Made by a program: the position numbers and the translations under genes
Origin: Callorhinchus milii
Lineage: Eukaryota
Length of the DNA stretch: 64,000 nucleotides
Assembly (NCBI RefSeq): GCF_018977255.1
Contig: NW_024704743.1
Location: 81,842,001-81,906,000, forward strand
Direction of reading: 5' to 3'
Shown here: in pieces, positions 25,358 through 39,698 of the stretch
How positions within the stretch are numbered: position 1 is the first letter of the stretch
Layout of the letters: each line of letters opens with the position of its first letter
Notes under the pieces: model-generated
Databases searched by the model: none
Seen by the model: only the letters and a program-made list of their open reading frames with translations
Told to the model about the DNA's origin: nothing

Positions 25358-27208
25358 ACAATAGAGATGCACCAAAGGGATAAGGACAGGGAGCAACTTA
25401 GGGAAATTTTCATCAGTAGAAAATTGGTGCTAGGGAAACTGTTAGCACTAAAAAGTGACAAATCCCCTGGTCCGGATCACTTGTATACCAGGGTATTAAA
25501 AGAGGTAGCTTATGAGATATTGGAGGCCTTATGTCTGATCTTCCAAAATTCCTTGGATTCTGGAACAGTCCCCATAGATTGGAAGATCGCAAATGTCACA
25601 CCACTATTTAAGAAAGGTGGAAAGGAAAAGATGGGGAACTATAGGCCAGTTGGTCTCACATCAGTGATAGGAAAAATTTTAGAATCATGGATTAAGGATG
25701 TGGTAGTGCGGTATTTAGGGGAGCACAATATAATTAGGCCAAGTCAACATGGCTTTACAAAAGGGAAGTCATGTTTGACAAATCTCATAGAGTTTTTTGA
25801 GGATATTTCCAGTAAACTAGATAAGGGTGAATCAGTGGATGTGGTCTATTTGGACTTCCAGAAGGCATTCGATAAGGTGCCGCATGAAAGGTTAGTCCAA
25901 AAGATAAGGGCCCATGGAATTGGGGGGAACATATTAACGTGGATTGGGGAATGGTTAATGGGTAGGAAACAAAGAGTAGGGATAAACGGGTCCTTTTCAG
26001 ATTGGCGGGATGTGACTAGTGGAGTGCCACAAGGATCTGTACTTGGGCCTCAGCTATTTACCATCTACATCAACGATCCAGATGAGGACATCGAAGTTAA
26101 TATATCTAAATTTGTGGATGACACAAAACTAGGAAGTGTCAACACAGAGGACGACATTAAAAAAATGCAGCGAGACATAGATAGGTTAGGTGATTGGGCA
26201 GGTAGGTGGCAGATGAAGTATAATGTAGGGAAGTGCAAAGTCATCCACCTAGGTAGCAAAAACAGTAGAGCGGTTATTTTTTAGAAGGGGAGAGATTGGA
26301 ATGTGTTAGTGTCCAGAGGGACTTGTACACCAATCACAGAAAGTTAGTCGCAGGTGCAGCAGCAATTAGGAAGGCGAATGGTATGTTAGCATTCATTATG
26401 AAAGGATTAGAGTATAAGAGTAGGGAAGTCTTGCTGCAACTGTATAGGGCCCTGGTGAGACCACACCTGGAATACTGTGTGCAGTTTTGGTCTCCTCATT
26501 TAAGGAAGGATGTACTTGCCTTGGAGGGGGTGCAGCGTAGATTTACTAGGTTAGTACCAGGGATGAAGGGGTTGAGTTACGAGGATAAGCTGACCAATTT
26601 AGGCCTATATTCTCTAGAATATAGAAGAATTAGAGGGGATCTTATAGAAACCTGTAAGATCATCAAAGGGCATAATACAGTAGATAGTGGGAACTCTTCA
26701 ACTGTGCCTTCAGCTCTCCTCTCGACTCTCTCCCCCTCCTCGCTCCCTCCCTTCCCTCCCCCTGACCATTTCCCCCCTGCTCGGGTCCCGACCCAACTGA
26801 CCAGCGCTTTGGGACGTCCTCCCGACGTGAAAGGCGCTCTATAAATGCAATCTTGTTGTTGTTGTTGTTGATTCTTTCCCTGGTTGGAGAAACTAAAACC
26901 AGGGGTCACAACCTTAAAATCAGAGGCCAGCCCTTTCGCACTGAGTCGAGAAAGAACTTCTTCACTCAAAGGATGGCGAATGTATGGAACTCACTACCCC
27001 AAAGGGCTGTTGACGCTCAGTCCTTGAACATATTCAAGACTGAGATAGATAGATTTCTTATTGCGAAAGGGATTAAGGGATATGGGGATAAGGCAGGGTC
27101 AGGTTATTAGCTGGAGTTAGATTAGAAGATCAGCCATGATTGAATGGCGGGGCAGGCTTGAAGTGCCGAATGGCCTACTCCTGCTCCTACATGTTATGTT
27201 ATGTTATA
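25358..27208 (+). mobile_element. 5'-truncated CR1 (HER1-like) LINE with RT domain, frameshifted
   Basis: ORFs 25367-26284, 26296- and 26853-27110 carry [60 protein letters not shown]; 3' end GAATGGCCTACTCCTGCTCCTAC(ATGTT)n. Confidence 0.93.
26693..26869 (+). mobile_element. L2 3' fragment inserted in the CR1
   Basis: Interrupts AGTGGGA|GATT, which is continuous in the second CR1 copy; ends in (TTG)n. Confidence 0.9.
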
Positions 27209-28736
27209 CTGTATACAGTGAGCCAGAGGTGTTTGGCAAAGCAGCCAAAATTCTATCTTGGCCTTCCTACACATAGAGACTGCACCACGAGATACAAGTA
27301 AATGGCCATCTCACAAAGAAAGGAAAGGATGTTCCTGACCTCCCTGTGGTTCACCTCATCACATCTCCCTCCTATTCTCACCCTGTGACATTTCTCTTTT
27401 TGTCTTGTACACAACTCCAGCCAACCTCACCACAGACAGCAGCAGCAGAATCTCAGCTTTCTCGTCACTCTTCAGTAAGTGAAGAAAGAAACAATGAGGC
27501 AAGTGTAACATCTTTTAAAGTTGGAGGAGAAGGTATTCATTTGCATGGAAGGGCATAATCTCACTTGAATCCGGCAATTTGCACAGGAATTGAGGAAGAG
27601 CCATTTTAAATGGCCAATTCTGTCCTTTACCACTCTCTTTGATGCTGTGGTCATTTCAGTGTTATGGGCATGCTTCAATCCCAAGAGGTCTGCATTTATC
27701 AGGCTTCATTGTAGAAAATGTCTTCAAAATGACCTTGATTTAATATCTCATCTAAAGGATGGCATCAGCAGGATTGCTGATTTGACAGCGGCGGAATTTT
27801 CTGTGTGATAATGACTATCTGAGAGCCGAAATTACATTGAGCCTTAGCCTAAAATACCACTTTTTACCTTAAGTTTTAAGTTTGTGAAATCCAGAAGCCA
27901 ATTCTTTTTAAGAACTGCAGGAAAAATGGCTTCTAAATTGAAAATGAATTTAAGAATTTTCCAGTTTGCTTGATTTTAAATTTCAATAGAAAAGAAAATT
28001 CTAACTGAAATTTCAGGCCTCAAATGTTTTCTACAAGAATTTTAAACAGTGCTAACAGTAAATACCATTATGTCAAAGTGGTGACAAAAGGCTGCAATGA
28101 TTCACCAAAGCTGCTGTAAGATAAGAGTAAAACATTCACTATGAAACTTGAAGAGACAAAAGTAACTGGTGTTTAGATGAGATGGGAGATAAAGGGTTAC
28201 TGTGTGTCAGGCATAAACTACCTATAATCTGTGGAGGATTAACCCAAACAATAAAATCAAAATGAAACTTATCAGGAGTGGGTGAAATTCAATGCAATTA
28301 AAGAGAAATTTCAAATTAAATTGGAGAAGCTTATTGGGTTTAATTGCCAAGTGGAGATCATCACTGAGCTTGCACTGACCTACTTTTATTTCCGTATGGG
28401 AAGTAGTACTGGGACATGTGTTTTCTTTCCCTCGGTATTTTACCTAAGGTCAAGTGAAAGATCTAGATTCATAAATTCATGGAAAGTACAGCTCAAACAC
28501 AGGCCATTCGGCCCTTCTAGTCTATTTGTTGTTTACACTCCATATGAGAGTCTATCCTAGATCCTATCCCTAGGAGGGGAAGAGCACCCCTTTAATTGAG
28601 CTCATAGTCTAAGTTGATACTCCACTGCAGTATTGAGGGAACGCTGCATTGTCAGATGCTATCCTTTGGATGTGATGTTAACCCACTCACTAGAATCAGA
28701 AAAGAAGAATGTCGCTTGGCATTCTTGTTGTTTACA

Positions 28737-28950
28737 GCAACAACAACAACAACTTGCATTTATATAGTGACTTTCACATCGGTAGAAGGTCTCAAGGTGC
28801 TGGACAGTCGAGGGTTTGCACCCAAGATGGGAGTTGGATTCAGGAGGGATAGGGGCTAAGGGGGATGGGAACATGATCAAAGGCATGTCAAAGAAAAAGG
28901 TCTTGAGATGGACCTTGAAGAAGACAAGGGAAGGGGTGAGATGAATGGAC
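28737..28950 (-). mobile_element. L2 3' fragment
   Basis: (CAA)n tail and L2 3' UTR similarity. Confidence 0.7.
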
Positions 28951-29978
28951 TCGATGCAGGATGATAGTTGGATCCCATTGAACTATATTCCAGCATGAAG
29001 CTTCAAGAGAGGAAACAGGAACTGAAGAGTGGAGAAAATTACATGCTAGACATGCAAATACATTGCATTACTATTCATTGCAGTTAGACTTCAGCTTGTA
29101 TTTGACCAGTGTGAGCACACTAATAGCAATAGAATGAAAGTTAATATTAACTGTATATCCTTTGTGCTCAGTTGCTATGTTTGATGGGGATTAGAGGCTT
29201 TCCTCTGGTTGTCTCATGGGTGGTGAGTCCATTAAGTGTACATCTGTGGTCTGCTTCAACTAAGCAGATTTCTCAAGAGCTCTTCATTCCAATTTTATTT
29301 CTCAGCACATTTTACTAAAGATGCTTATACTTCTTGCAGAAACGTTACTTTCATTCCGTTGTTCTTGGCTGGATTCAAATTCATGATTTCATAGCCAAAT
29401 TGATTTCACGCTAATCCACTGCTCCATCAAGTCCCAGAATTATGCTATCCTGAAGATCCTGAAAGATAAAAGATCCGGTGTTAGATTTTTATAGTTACCG
29501 TATTTATATTTCCAGATTAGTAGTACTTTAAGTTCCTTTGCCTCGCCAAAGTGCACATCAAAGCAATTTTCATTAAATAATGAAAAAAAGATGTGTTAAC
29601 ACTCTCTGCCAGACCTACTGACAGTGGTCCCATTATAGTCTTCAGCTGCACTGGTAACACATGGATATGTTTGGACTCCAGTTTCAGTTGTTTGGATGCT
29701 GGGCCAATAAAGCAACACAACTGCCAATAGTTCAGGAAAGCAATACAATTGGTATCAGGATGGAGTCATTGCTAGTTTTTTACTTACTTCCAAGTTTCAT
29801 TACTTTGTATTTGCAAGTATTCTATTGTGTGACCAGTGAATGTACTGCATGTGCAGAGTCCACTAGTTCCAATGTTGCCTAAAAGTGCAGTACAGTAAAA
29901 CTCAATGGAAATAAGAATGTTGCGATCTTATTCAGGAAAAAAATGCAGTGCTGAGCATGGCGTTTACATGTTAATGTA

Positions 29979-30255
29979 TAACAACAACAAAAAATTACAT
30001 TTGTATAGCGCCTTTCATGTCAGGAGGACGCCCCAAGGCACTGGACAGTCAGGCACCATACCCAAGCTGGTTGGCTGGGATTAGGTTGGGGTGGAGGGTG
30101 GAGAGGGTAGGGATAGGACGATGACTGAAAGATTGGTCGAAGAGGAGGGTCTTGAGACTGGTCTTGAAGGAGGCAAGGGAGGTGGCGAGGCAGAGGGACT
30201 GTGGGATGAAGTTCCAGAGGGTGGGGCAGAAAGGTTGAAGGCCCGCCTGCCAATT
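29979..30255 (-). mobile_element. L2 3' fragment
   Basis: IGRRAFNLSAP remnant and (CAA)n tail. Confidence 0.8.
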
Positions 30256-30324
30256 TGATTATTTGATAAGATTATTTGATGTCCACACAGAGAAATAATC
30301 TGCTGCAATTAGCAATAATATTAA

Positions 30325-30740
30325 TAATCCGTACATTTGATATAGCGTCTTTAAGCACTCCAAGATGCTACCCTGCTTGAAGGTGCTATATAAATGCAAG
30401 TTGTTATCATGTCATCAACACATCTCAACATGCTTCAAAGGATTTACTGTAAAGTAAAGTAGTGACAGTGTATTTGTCAGCAGAGGGGGCAGCCAATTTC
30501 CACACAGCAATGTCCTACAAAAGTCATGAAGCGAATGACAAATTTTATCTGAGGAATTGTTGGCCAGAAACTGGGAGAAACTGCCTCCTTTTTGAATTGT
30601 ACCAAAGGTTTTTAAACATCCTCATAAATAGGCAGATGGAACCTTGGTTTAATGTTCCACTTGAAGAACGGGACGTCTGACACTGCAGCATTGCCCCCGC
30701 ATTGCAATGGAGTATGTGCTTAAAGGCCTGACTTGGGACT
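30325..30740 (-). mobile_element. Older Deu-type SINE containing a short L2 tail
   Basis: GGCAGCCAATTTCCACACAGCAATGTCC core and GGGAGAAACT block. Confidence 0.65.
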
Positions 30741-31054
30741 TATCCTGTGCAACCAAAAATAAACAGTTAACAGCTGGTAGTGGACATTATCAGTGACATC
30801 TGAACAGCAGACATTACACACTGTGTTATCGATGTCTGGAAATATACTTATCTATTTTTGCCACAATAAGGCACAACACTATCAAGTGCGAAGATACATT
30901 GTAACAGATTTTCAAGGGCTAAATGGACATTTCTGGATATTGCAGGTAAATGGCATTATTAATTGCTTCATACCTGTATTCAAAATGTCATGAAAAGAGT
31001 CTTAAGAAATAAGCAGTAAATTGACAACAGTTGTTGATTTCTTCATATAAGTCT

Positions 31055-31370
31055 AGTTCAGTTAGTAGCACTCTCACTATTGGGTTTGAAGATCGTGGGT
31101 TCAAATCCTACGTCAGGACTTTAAGTTCATAGTCCAGGCTGACACTCCAGTGGAGTATTAGGAAACTGTTTCATTGCTGAAGATACTACCCTTCTGGTGA
31201 AATGCTAACCTGAGGTTCTGTCTGCCTATTCAGCTGGATGTTAGAAATCCTGTGACCTTATCCAAAAAGAAAAGGGCATTTCTCCTGGGCTCTTGATCAT
31301 GCTCTTTGCGAGACTTTACACACTTCATCTACAAATATCTACAAATCATTATGCTTTACAGAAATTCTAT
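31055..31370 (+). mobile_element. Older Deu-type SINE
   Basis: GGGTTCAAATCC B box followed by the GGCTGACACTCCAGTG block. Confidence 0.65.
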
Positions 31371-31559
31371 GTGACAGTAAGTTGTTTGGAATGGCCACTG
31401 GCCGTCATGTTTAGGACATTTTAAGGTATGGCACGTTCGGAGAACTGGGGAATATTGGGTTGTATTTTGTATTCCATTTGAAATTTGGAGTTAATAGAGG
31501 AAGGCATTCATAGGTGAGGTGAGGACTCATAATAATAATCAATGGTTAGTGCTGTATCT

Positions 31560-32410
31560 TTTTCTGGTCAGTTGGGTGCCTGACAATTGCGGACACCCAT
31601 CATCATGATTAAGAATATCCAAACCAAACTGAGATTTTCATACATCCCACCTACACATGGAAACTCCAGAGATAGATTGTTTGAATGGAATGTGCTCTCT
31701 CTCCCTAGATGGATGCTTACCTAATTCGAGAAAGTATTCGGCGCAGGTTGTCAAGAGCCAATGCTTGGGGATCATAGACTGTGTGTTGAGGTACTGCTGG
31801 CAGTCTAACCAAAAAATGTATAGCTTGCCAAGACAGTGCCACCTGGCAAGCATTCTCGCTGCTTGTCCAGCTAGAACAACCCAACCCATTAGGGCTTTGA
31901 ATTGCAGGGTTAACAGGGGCTGAGTGTAATGATTTCCTGCTCCCAGGTACTGGTTTGCCCTTCCGAGTCTGCCAGTGAACCAGGCTAGCTGTGTTGTCAT
32001 CAGCATTGTCCTGGAATACTGTCGACCAGCCTGGCTCAGGAGCTGGACAACCTAGACTGCCACAGAGTGCTGGCTGGATTCCAACATTCCATCGCCAGGC
32101 ATGTCACCTTAGAGCCAGTTTAGTATCTCCTCATCAAGGAAGGTAGTCATTAGTTGGTTGTTCGAAATCTGACAAGCACAGGTGTGAGCCCTCACTAGGT
32201 GAATGGTACGTCCCAGGAACTTCTTATGAACTTCCCAGTGGACAACACATCTCAGCATGAAATGCGTGAGAGCATTGTCACCATCTTCCTGTCTGCAGTT
32301 TGGGCACACATCCTTTCCCATTGAGCGATGGTTCCCATTGAGTTTAAGCAGCAGCTTACCTCTCTGCAAGCCAGTCAAGGTGGATTCCAGGTGCTGGATA
32401 TACAAACAAT
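31560..32410 (-). mobile_element. Non-LTR retrotransposon 3' remnant with CCHC knuckle, clade unresolved
   Basis: ORF 32109-32456 contains CPNC-x11-H-x4-C; followed by the unclassified repeat. Confidence 0.5.
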
Positions 32411-35033
32411 GTAATCTTGTTGTTCTCAAAGCTATGGTTGAAGCAAAGAGCATCATTGTATTTAAGAGGAAACTTGCTGCACATTGGGAAGGGAATAAGA
32501 TGGGTGAAAGCTTGTGTAGAGTGTAAACACTGCCATAGACCAGTTAGGTTTAATGGCCAGTTTTTGTTCTATATAATTCTACATATATCTGAAACACTAG
32601 CACAAAATGTACAGAATAGTAAAAATAATTATGTCTACTGCAATTTTATTCTTATTGGCTGGAGAGCAATAATTTGTAAAACTGTATTGTATTTCTCTTA
32701 AATGTATTCCATGAAACAAGCTAAGTTTTTCAGTATTATTGGCAATGTCCTGTCACATACTGATGTAATATGAATTTATTTTAAGATTTGAATTCAGTGC
32801 AATTTTTTTTACTCTTGTAGTTTTATTGTATTTTATTTCATTGTAGTTTTATTGTAAGCATTCTGAGACGCTACCCTACTTGTAGGGCACTATATAAGTA
32901 CAAGTTGTTGTTGTATTTCTTATATATATAGTGTCATATTCAATAAATGCAGTAAACAAAGCAAAATACCATAAGTCTAACATTACTCTGTAACATTGGG
33001 CAATAATGAAGCTTTTTCGAGATTAATAATAAGAGATTATGACTCTTAAGGCAACTTATCAATAGGATGTAATATGTAGTTTAAATGAAAACTACCTGAA
33101 TGTGCCAGAGGTCAGCCCCACTGAACCCATTCCCAGTGAACATCATGAGACTGAGCTTTTGATTTTTGCTCATCAATTTCAATGGCAGAAAAATAGCTTA
33201 CTCTGAATGTTTATTCAGTAAAATTCTCCAATTGACTAACCAATCATCCAATCTGTCTTCCACTAGCAGTTCAAAGCTGCAAATCCAACAACAGGCAGTT
33301 CAAACCCTTAATTCATTAATCCCATTAACCTGCAGTCCAAAACTGTAATCAAATAACCATAATCGAATATGTGACCAGGTTTCATAGATATTTGCATGGA
33401 CAGCAGCTTTACGTGTGAGTGAGTGTATGTGTGTATGGTGTGTGCATGGGGCCAGGGTATCTGCCTTGGCATCACTGGATTACTTCTATTTAAGTTTAGG
33501 AAATTTTGAATTGAAACTGCAAGTTTCTATGGTTACTTTCGGTTATACTGCTTCAACAATATCAAGTAAAAGCAATCGTAAGATTACATGCCAAATGCTT
33601 CCATTAGCTGAAAAAATTATATACACAAATAATTCTGGATCATCACTTGTATTGTCATATAATCACCCAAACTTGGTTATTACTGCACGTCATTTGGCTA
33701 CAATTAGACAGTAAAGTCCTGTTATTATCATAATGAATGAGTTGTCTTCATCCATGCAATAGAGCAACACAGGACACCAGCCCTCAGCAACAGGCTGAAA
33801 AGTAAGGACCTCTTCAACGATGAATGGACCCACAGCTCAGCGCCATGCTCCGCCACTGTCAAGCGCTCTGAGATGCTACCCAGTGTGAGGAGTGCTATAT
33901 AAATGCAACCTTTTTGTTATTATTGTTTAGACACACTTTCTTTCTGCTTAGCAGTTTTTTACAGTCAGTCATGCACTGGATTCAGAACCCTTCCCAATGA
34001 ACCACACAGGTGCCCCGTTTGGATCTGATGGTTGTTTAGTGCTCTCCCTGCAGATTACAGTTTACTCCATTAACTTGTAGAAGCAATATGGATTGGTGTG
34101 AGTGCCTTGGAAGAGAGAGTGATATGAAGCCACTTCACGGCCACTGTGCTATCCTAAATCACACAGCTAGTCCTCCTCAGCAGCACGTGCAGCAATTTCT
34201 TTTGTAAAGCACAAAAAAACTCTGGTAAAATGTCTTTTACATTTGTTTCCAGGAAAAAATTGGGTCAAATGTGGAATCCCCGATCTAAAAATGATAGAAT
34301 TAGTCCCACAGCACCCTGGAATTCTGTGAAACTATCAGCATTTACTTAACAGCTGGCAGATTCAATTTTGTCAATGCTTGGGTTTCTTCCGTGAGTGCGG
34401 GTAATTAGCCTCAGGGGACTCAGAAATATCACTACCAGTGACTTTTTATGCAAATTCTTCCAAATCACCCCCAGTAAAGGCCTCACAGATTTTCTCTATC
34501 CTTTTGTAGCTTGGTCCAGCACAGGCTCCATTTGACGTAACTGCGATTGTGGATGGATTTGCAAGGATGTTAATACAGACGTTAGCAAAGGCATGTTAGT
34601 ATAGTATATTCTATAGTGGTATATATGCAGAAATACAAGATATTCTACATTTACCCTGACAGTTAAATCTTTCAAGAATATAATGTTTTACCAGTGGCCT
34701 TGTCTAATCTATTGTAGCATTTTATTTCAAATCATTGTAACATTTCATCTGTTGTTTGATAGAATTATGTATTTTTTCTTACATTCATAAGATGCTAACA
34801 TTCTCTTGCTATTAGAGATAGAAAGAGATCCCTTATAACTTATCAGGCTAGGCTGCAGAAAGCTAGACTTAATATGGCCTTGACTGTCTTTCTACTTTGC
34901 CACTATACATGGCACCTGCATACTCCAAAGATTTTGAATCATTCTCACAGGTGCAAGTCACATATATAGAATGTTTACAGCATTGAAAGAGATTAATCAG
35001 CCCACCGTGCTGGTACTATCGCTGCACTGAAAC

Positions 35034-35455
35034 TAATAATAATAATAATCTTTGAAACTGATACAGCATCTTATGTTGAAATGTCTCAAAGCACCTCACA
35101 GAGTTTTCTGTAAAATATAGTGACTGTGGATTTGTAGACTGAAACAGCAGTTATTCTGGATGCAGCAAGGTCCCTCAAACAACCATGAAGTAAATGTCTC
35201 ATTTTGTATTTTATCGATGGCCAGGACATCAGGAGAAACTCCCTTCTCTTTTCAAATCTGTAACATTTTTGATGTCCACCTGGAAAGCAAATGGGATCTC
35301 AACTTAGAACCTCATCCAAACAACAGCATCTCTGACAATACACAGCTGCTCCAAAACTGCAGTGGAGTGTCAGCCTAGACTGGGAGCTTTAAGTCCTGGA
35401 AGGGGCTTGAACCCACAACCTTCTGATCGAACGGAAGGAGTACTTCCAACTGAAT
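35034..35455 (-). mobile_element. Older Deu-type SINE
   Basis: (AAT)n tail, GGAGAAACTCCC block, GGGGCTTGAACCC B box in reverse. Confidence 0.7.
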
Positions 35456-35559
35456 GTAGTAAAGTATCCATGTTATAATAACAACAACATGCATTTATCT
35501 TATACCAATCATCTTATCTAACAGTCCTCTTTGTAAACAAAACATCTTCTGACTTTCCC

Positions 35560-35842
35560 CTTGTTTCCCAATTCCTCCCTCCACAAGCTGCAGATAATCC
35601 AGAACTCTGCAGCCCGTGTCCTCTCCAGCACCAAACTCCGTGACCCCATCTCCCCCATTCTCGCCCGACTCCATTGGCTCCCTATCCTTCAGAGGATGCA
35701 GTTCAAGATCCTGGTCCTCACCTACAAAGCCCTCCATGGCCTCGCCCCACCCAACCTCTGCAACCTCTTAACCTCCTATCAACCCGCCCGTTCCCTCCGC
35801 TCAGCCGGCTCCGGCCTGCTCCATGTCCCCCGACCCACTCTA
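35560..35842 (+). mobile_element. L2 ORF2 C-terminal fragment
   Basis: [13 protein letters not shown]...LHWLPI...FKILVLTYKALHGLAP. Confidence 0.9.
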
Positions 35843-38124
35843 TTAGATTCTCTCTTAATCTTTGCTTCAGTGAAACCATTCTCAATTTTATAATTGACCT
35901 ACAAATAGAGTCACTACACTCTACAATAAATCATGTGAAACGCTTTGAGACAGTTCAATGTGATAAAGCGCTGTATCAAAAGCAAGTCTTGTTATTATTT
36001 TAAGTCTCTCCACATAATCCTTTCATTCCTGGTATCATCCTAATGAAACTCTACTCTCCGTGGCCATGATGTTTCCCCTTTCTGTACTGAGGAACCCCAA
36101 ACTGGAAGCAATTTTCCAAGTGGAGTTAAACTGACGACTTGTACAACATTATCCTTGCTCTTATATATTAAAACCTAGAATTCCATTGTTTTTTAAGGTC
36201 CAATTGCACTTCCACTGTCCTAAATCAGAATTTTTAGTGTACAATCAAGGTTGACACTCAAAGCACTTTGAGCCATTTTGACTTGCTAAACTGTTATATC
36301 AAATTCAAGGATTATTATTATTCATATTATTTGTGTTTATATCTAATTGCTCGGTCATAGAGTTTTCTGTTCCTCTTGCAGTTCTGGTACCTCAGTAAAA
36401 TGACTTGTTAATAAGCAATTCTAACATTTTATTATTCTCTGCTGTGATCTCTCTTACAAGCACCTTCTCTTCCTTGACTATCCTCTTGTTATCATTATAA
36501 CCAGTTTCATGCTGTCCCTTAACCTTGCTGCCTTTCTCTTTTTCCCCTTTGCTTCCCTTCTATGCTTTTGGAACATTTTCTGATTTACTTCTGTATTATC
36601 ATATGCCACTGTTAAGAATTTATTTTGATCTAATATCCCTGTTCATCATGGAACTCCAGTTCTTAACTCAATGCCTCTACTCATAATTGGAATGTTGTTG
36701 GTTTGTATCCTATCCATCTCATACTTAAATATTTCCTACTGCTGGTCTTCTGTTTAATCTGCTAACTTTTCTGTCCAATGTTTCTCCAGAGACTTCGACA
36801 ACTAAACTGGCACAAGTGACTTTCCCACAGATGAATAATTTATGGCACTTAAGCATTTGGAAATCTCTCTCCAGTGTGGAATTTTCTGGGAAATAAATGC
36901 TGAAAAGAATGCATGTTGCTTGGCACATCAATCGTGTATTTGTGCAAATTCACAGATTAAAATCTCTTGTCCAAATAACAGCAGGACAGAGTAAATGTGG
37001 AAATGTTTGAACATAAACCTCTATTGGTGAACTAGTCTGACTGATTTAAATTGTGGGTATTAATAGTGGGTACAGTGCAATGTGAGCATCGTGTCATTTC
37101 GAAGCACCACAAATTATAAATTACTTAAACATTCTGTAGTGTTCTGATAACGTATTGCTGGAAGGGATACAGTAGTATTCAGTTTTAAGCCAGAAAAAAA
37201 TAGTAACCAACAAAACAAGGCAATGAATAGAGTTTGGACTCAAGTTCAGCAGGCATTCCATTCAGTATGCTGAATTTGGCAAATTGTTGAATTCATTTTT
37301 ACCTTTGAAGACAGTTTTCTTCAGTTCTTGAAAGAACTTACAGAAAACCGGTTTCAAAATTAGAGATTTTTCGGCGGAATTTCACTCTGCATTGCTTTGT
37401 TACTAGAGTTAATTCTAGACCCAGTTGAAATTTCTGCCCAGAGATGAACAGGGAGTTTGATTCCAAATACTTTATGGAGAAATGTTGGAGGCAAATGGCG
37501 TCAGCAAATTCAAGAGGGAATTAGACAGCTATTTGATGGAAAAAAAACAATTGAGGGCTATGAGAACTTGAGTAAGAAAGATTTATTTTTACTTTGGGAC
37601 CAAGCAATGGCCTTTTCCAGTCCTATTCATTCTTACTGGGTTGGTTTGTTTCAGTTGGCAGCATATTTGCCTCTGGGTTAAAAGCTTTCTCATCCAAAGA
37701 CGAGACAATGACAATGCAGCTCTCCTCAAAACAGCAAAACTACATTTTGGAAGTTGGAAGTTCCTGACTTGAATCAGTAAGATCCTCACTCGTCTTGGAA
37801 CTGCCTTCCTAGCAGGATTCTCTATAAGGCTCTGTGAGTGTTCCAAGGTGCAATTTGTTTTCCCATCCACATCCATTGTTACCATCCAGAAGAAGAAAGG
37901 GTGGTGGAAACAGTTTCAATAACAGCTTTCAAAACAGAATGAGATAGGTGCTTGAAAAGGAAAAAAATGTGCAGGGGTATGGGGAAAGAGATTGAGTAAC
38001 TCTGGCAGAGGTAGCCAAGTGGCCTCCTTCTGTGCTGCAATATTCTATGATTCTAAGAGTGAGACTGAGAAGTACAGTAGCTCTAATTTCAGTGGCTCTA
38101 AAAGTGGTGCTTTGAGAAGTGAAA

Positions 38125-39143
38125 TCGACCACCTGCTCCCTCTACCCCATCCCTACCGCTTTCCTTACCTCCCAGCTCCACCTCCTTGCCCCTCTATTCA
38201 CTGACATTGTAAACTTCTCACTGTCCTCTGGTACTGTTCCACCCGATTAAAAACCGCCATCATCATCACTCCTATCCTTAAAAAACCCTCGCTGGACCCA
38301 TCTCACTCTCAAACTACTGCCCCATCTCCAACCTCACTTTCCTCTCCAAGGTGCTAGAACGAGTTGTTGCTTCCAAGCTTTGCTCCTTCCTCTCCCGCCA
38401 CTCCATTCACAAACCCCTCCAATCGGGTTTCCGTGCCGCCCACAGCACAGAAACAGCCCTGGTCAAAGTGACAAATGACATTCTGTCCATCTGCGACCAA
38501 GGCTCCCTCTGCCTCCTCGTCCTCTTTGACCTCTCTGCTGCCTTCAACACCGTGGACCACTCTATCACATCCACCACCTCTCCTCTCACCTTAACCTTCA
38601 CAGCTCTATCTTTGACTGGTTCAGATCGTAACTCTCACACCGCCTCCCCTTCATCTCCACAAACAGCTTCTATTCTAGCCCCCACACCGTCTCATGCGGC
38701 GTTCCTCAGGCCTCTGTCCTTGGTCCCCTCCTCCTCAATATCTATATGCTCCCTCTTAGTGACATCATCCGTAGACAAGGTGTCAACTTTCACATGTATG
38801 CGGATGACACCCAACCGAACCTCTCTGCCTCCACCTTTGACTCCAGGACCACTGCTGTCCTGACAGAATGTCTGTCAGACATCAAGTCCTGGATGAGAGC
38901 TAATTTTCTTCAGTTGAACGTCAACAAGACCGAGGCTCTCCTGATTGGCTCCTGTCAGCGCCTCCTCACCTCAGGCGCTGACAGCATCACCATCCATGGT
39001 TGCTCATTCCATCTTACTAAGCCAGTCCGGAACCTTGGCATCTTGTTTGACCCTCAACTATCCTTTCTACCACACATCTGCGCCATATCCCGCTCTGCCT
39101 TCCCCCACCTCTGCAACATCGCCCGGCTCGGCCACTGTCTCCT
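38125..39143 (+). mobile_element. L2 RT fragment
   Basis: [45 protein letters not shown]. Confidence 0.92.
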
Positions 39144-39698
39144 GGATTCTGTGGCAAAAGTTGTGCTTTCGAAAGCTGGCAGTATTTTCTGGCAGATTTT
39201 AGTTTACATAACTAGACTGCTAAACTACTTAAGGATCCTTGGACACTTTCGCTTGCTATTTTTATGGCTCAGTGCATAAATGCTGTTACATGGTCCAAGT
39301 TGAGCTCAACCATATGTCCCAGCGCCTTAGGACGTCCTTCCCACATGAAAGGCACCATATAAATATAAATGTTGTTGTTGTTATGTGTCAAAGAACTTTG
39401 TATTTTATGAACTATTTCTTTTGACCAGTAATTTAAGCAATAGCTGAGCAGAAATAAACATAATGTGGACTTTTCCCACATACAGCTTAATAATAACAAT
39501 AATAATTCTTGCATTTAATATAGCATCTTTCACGTCAGGTGGACATCTCATAGTGCTTTACAGGATTTATTGTAAAGCAGTGGTGGCCAACCTTTTTGGT
39601 AAGCCAACAAAATAAATGTTCTTGATTGAATATTTCTTGATTTATGGCATAAATCAAGATATATTCCATCAAGAAAAAAATGGAAACAAAACATTGAT

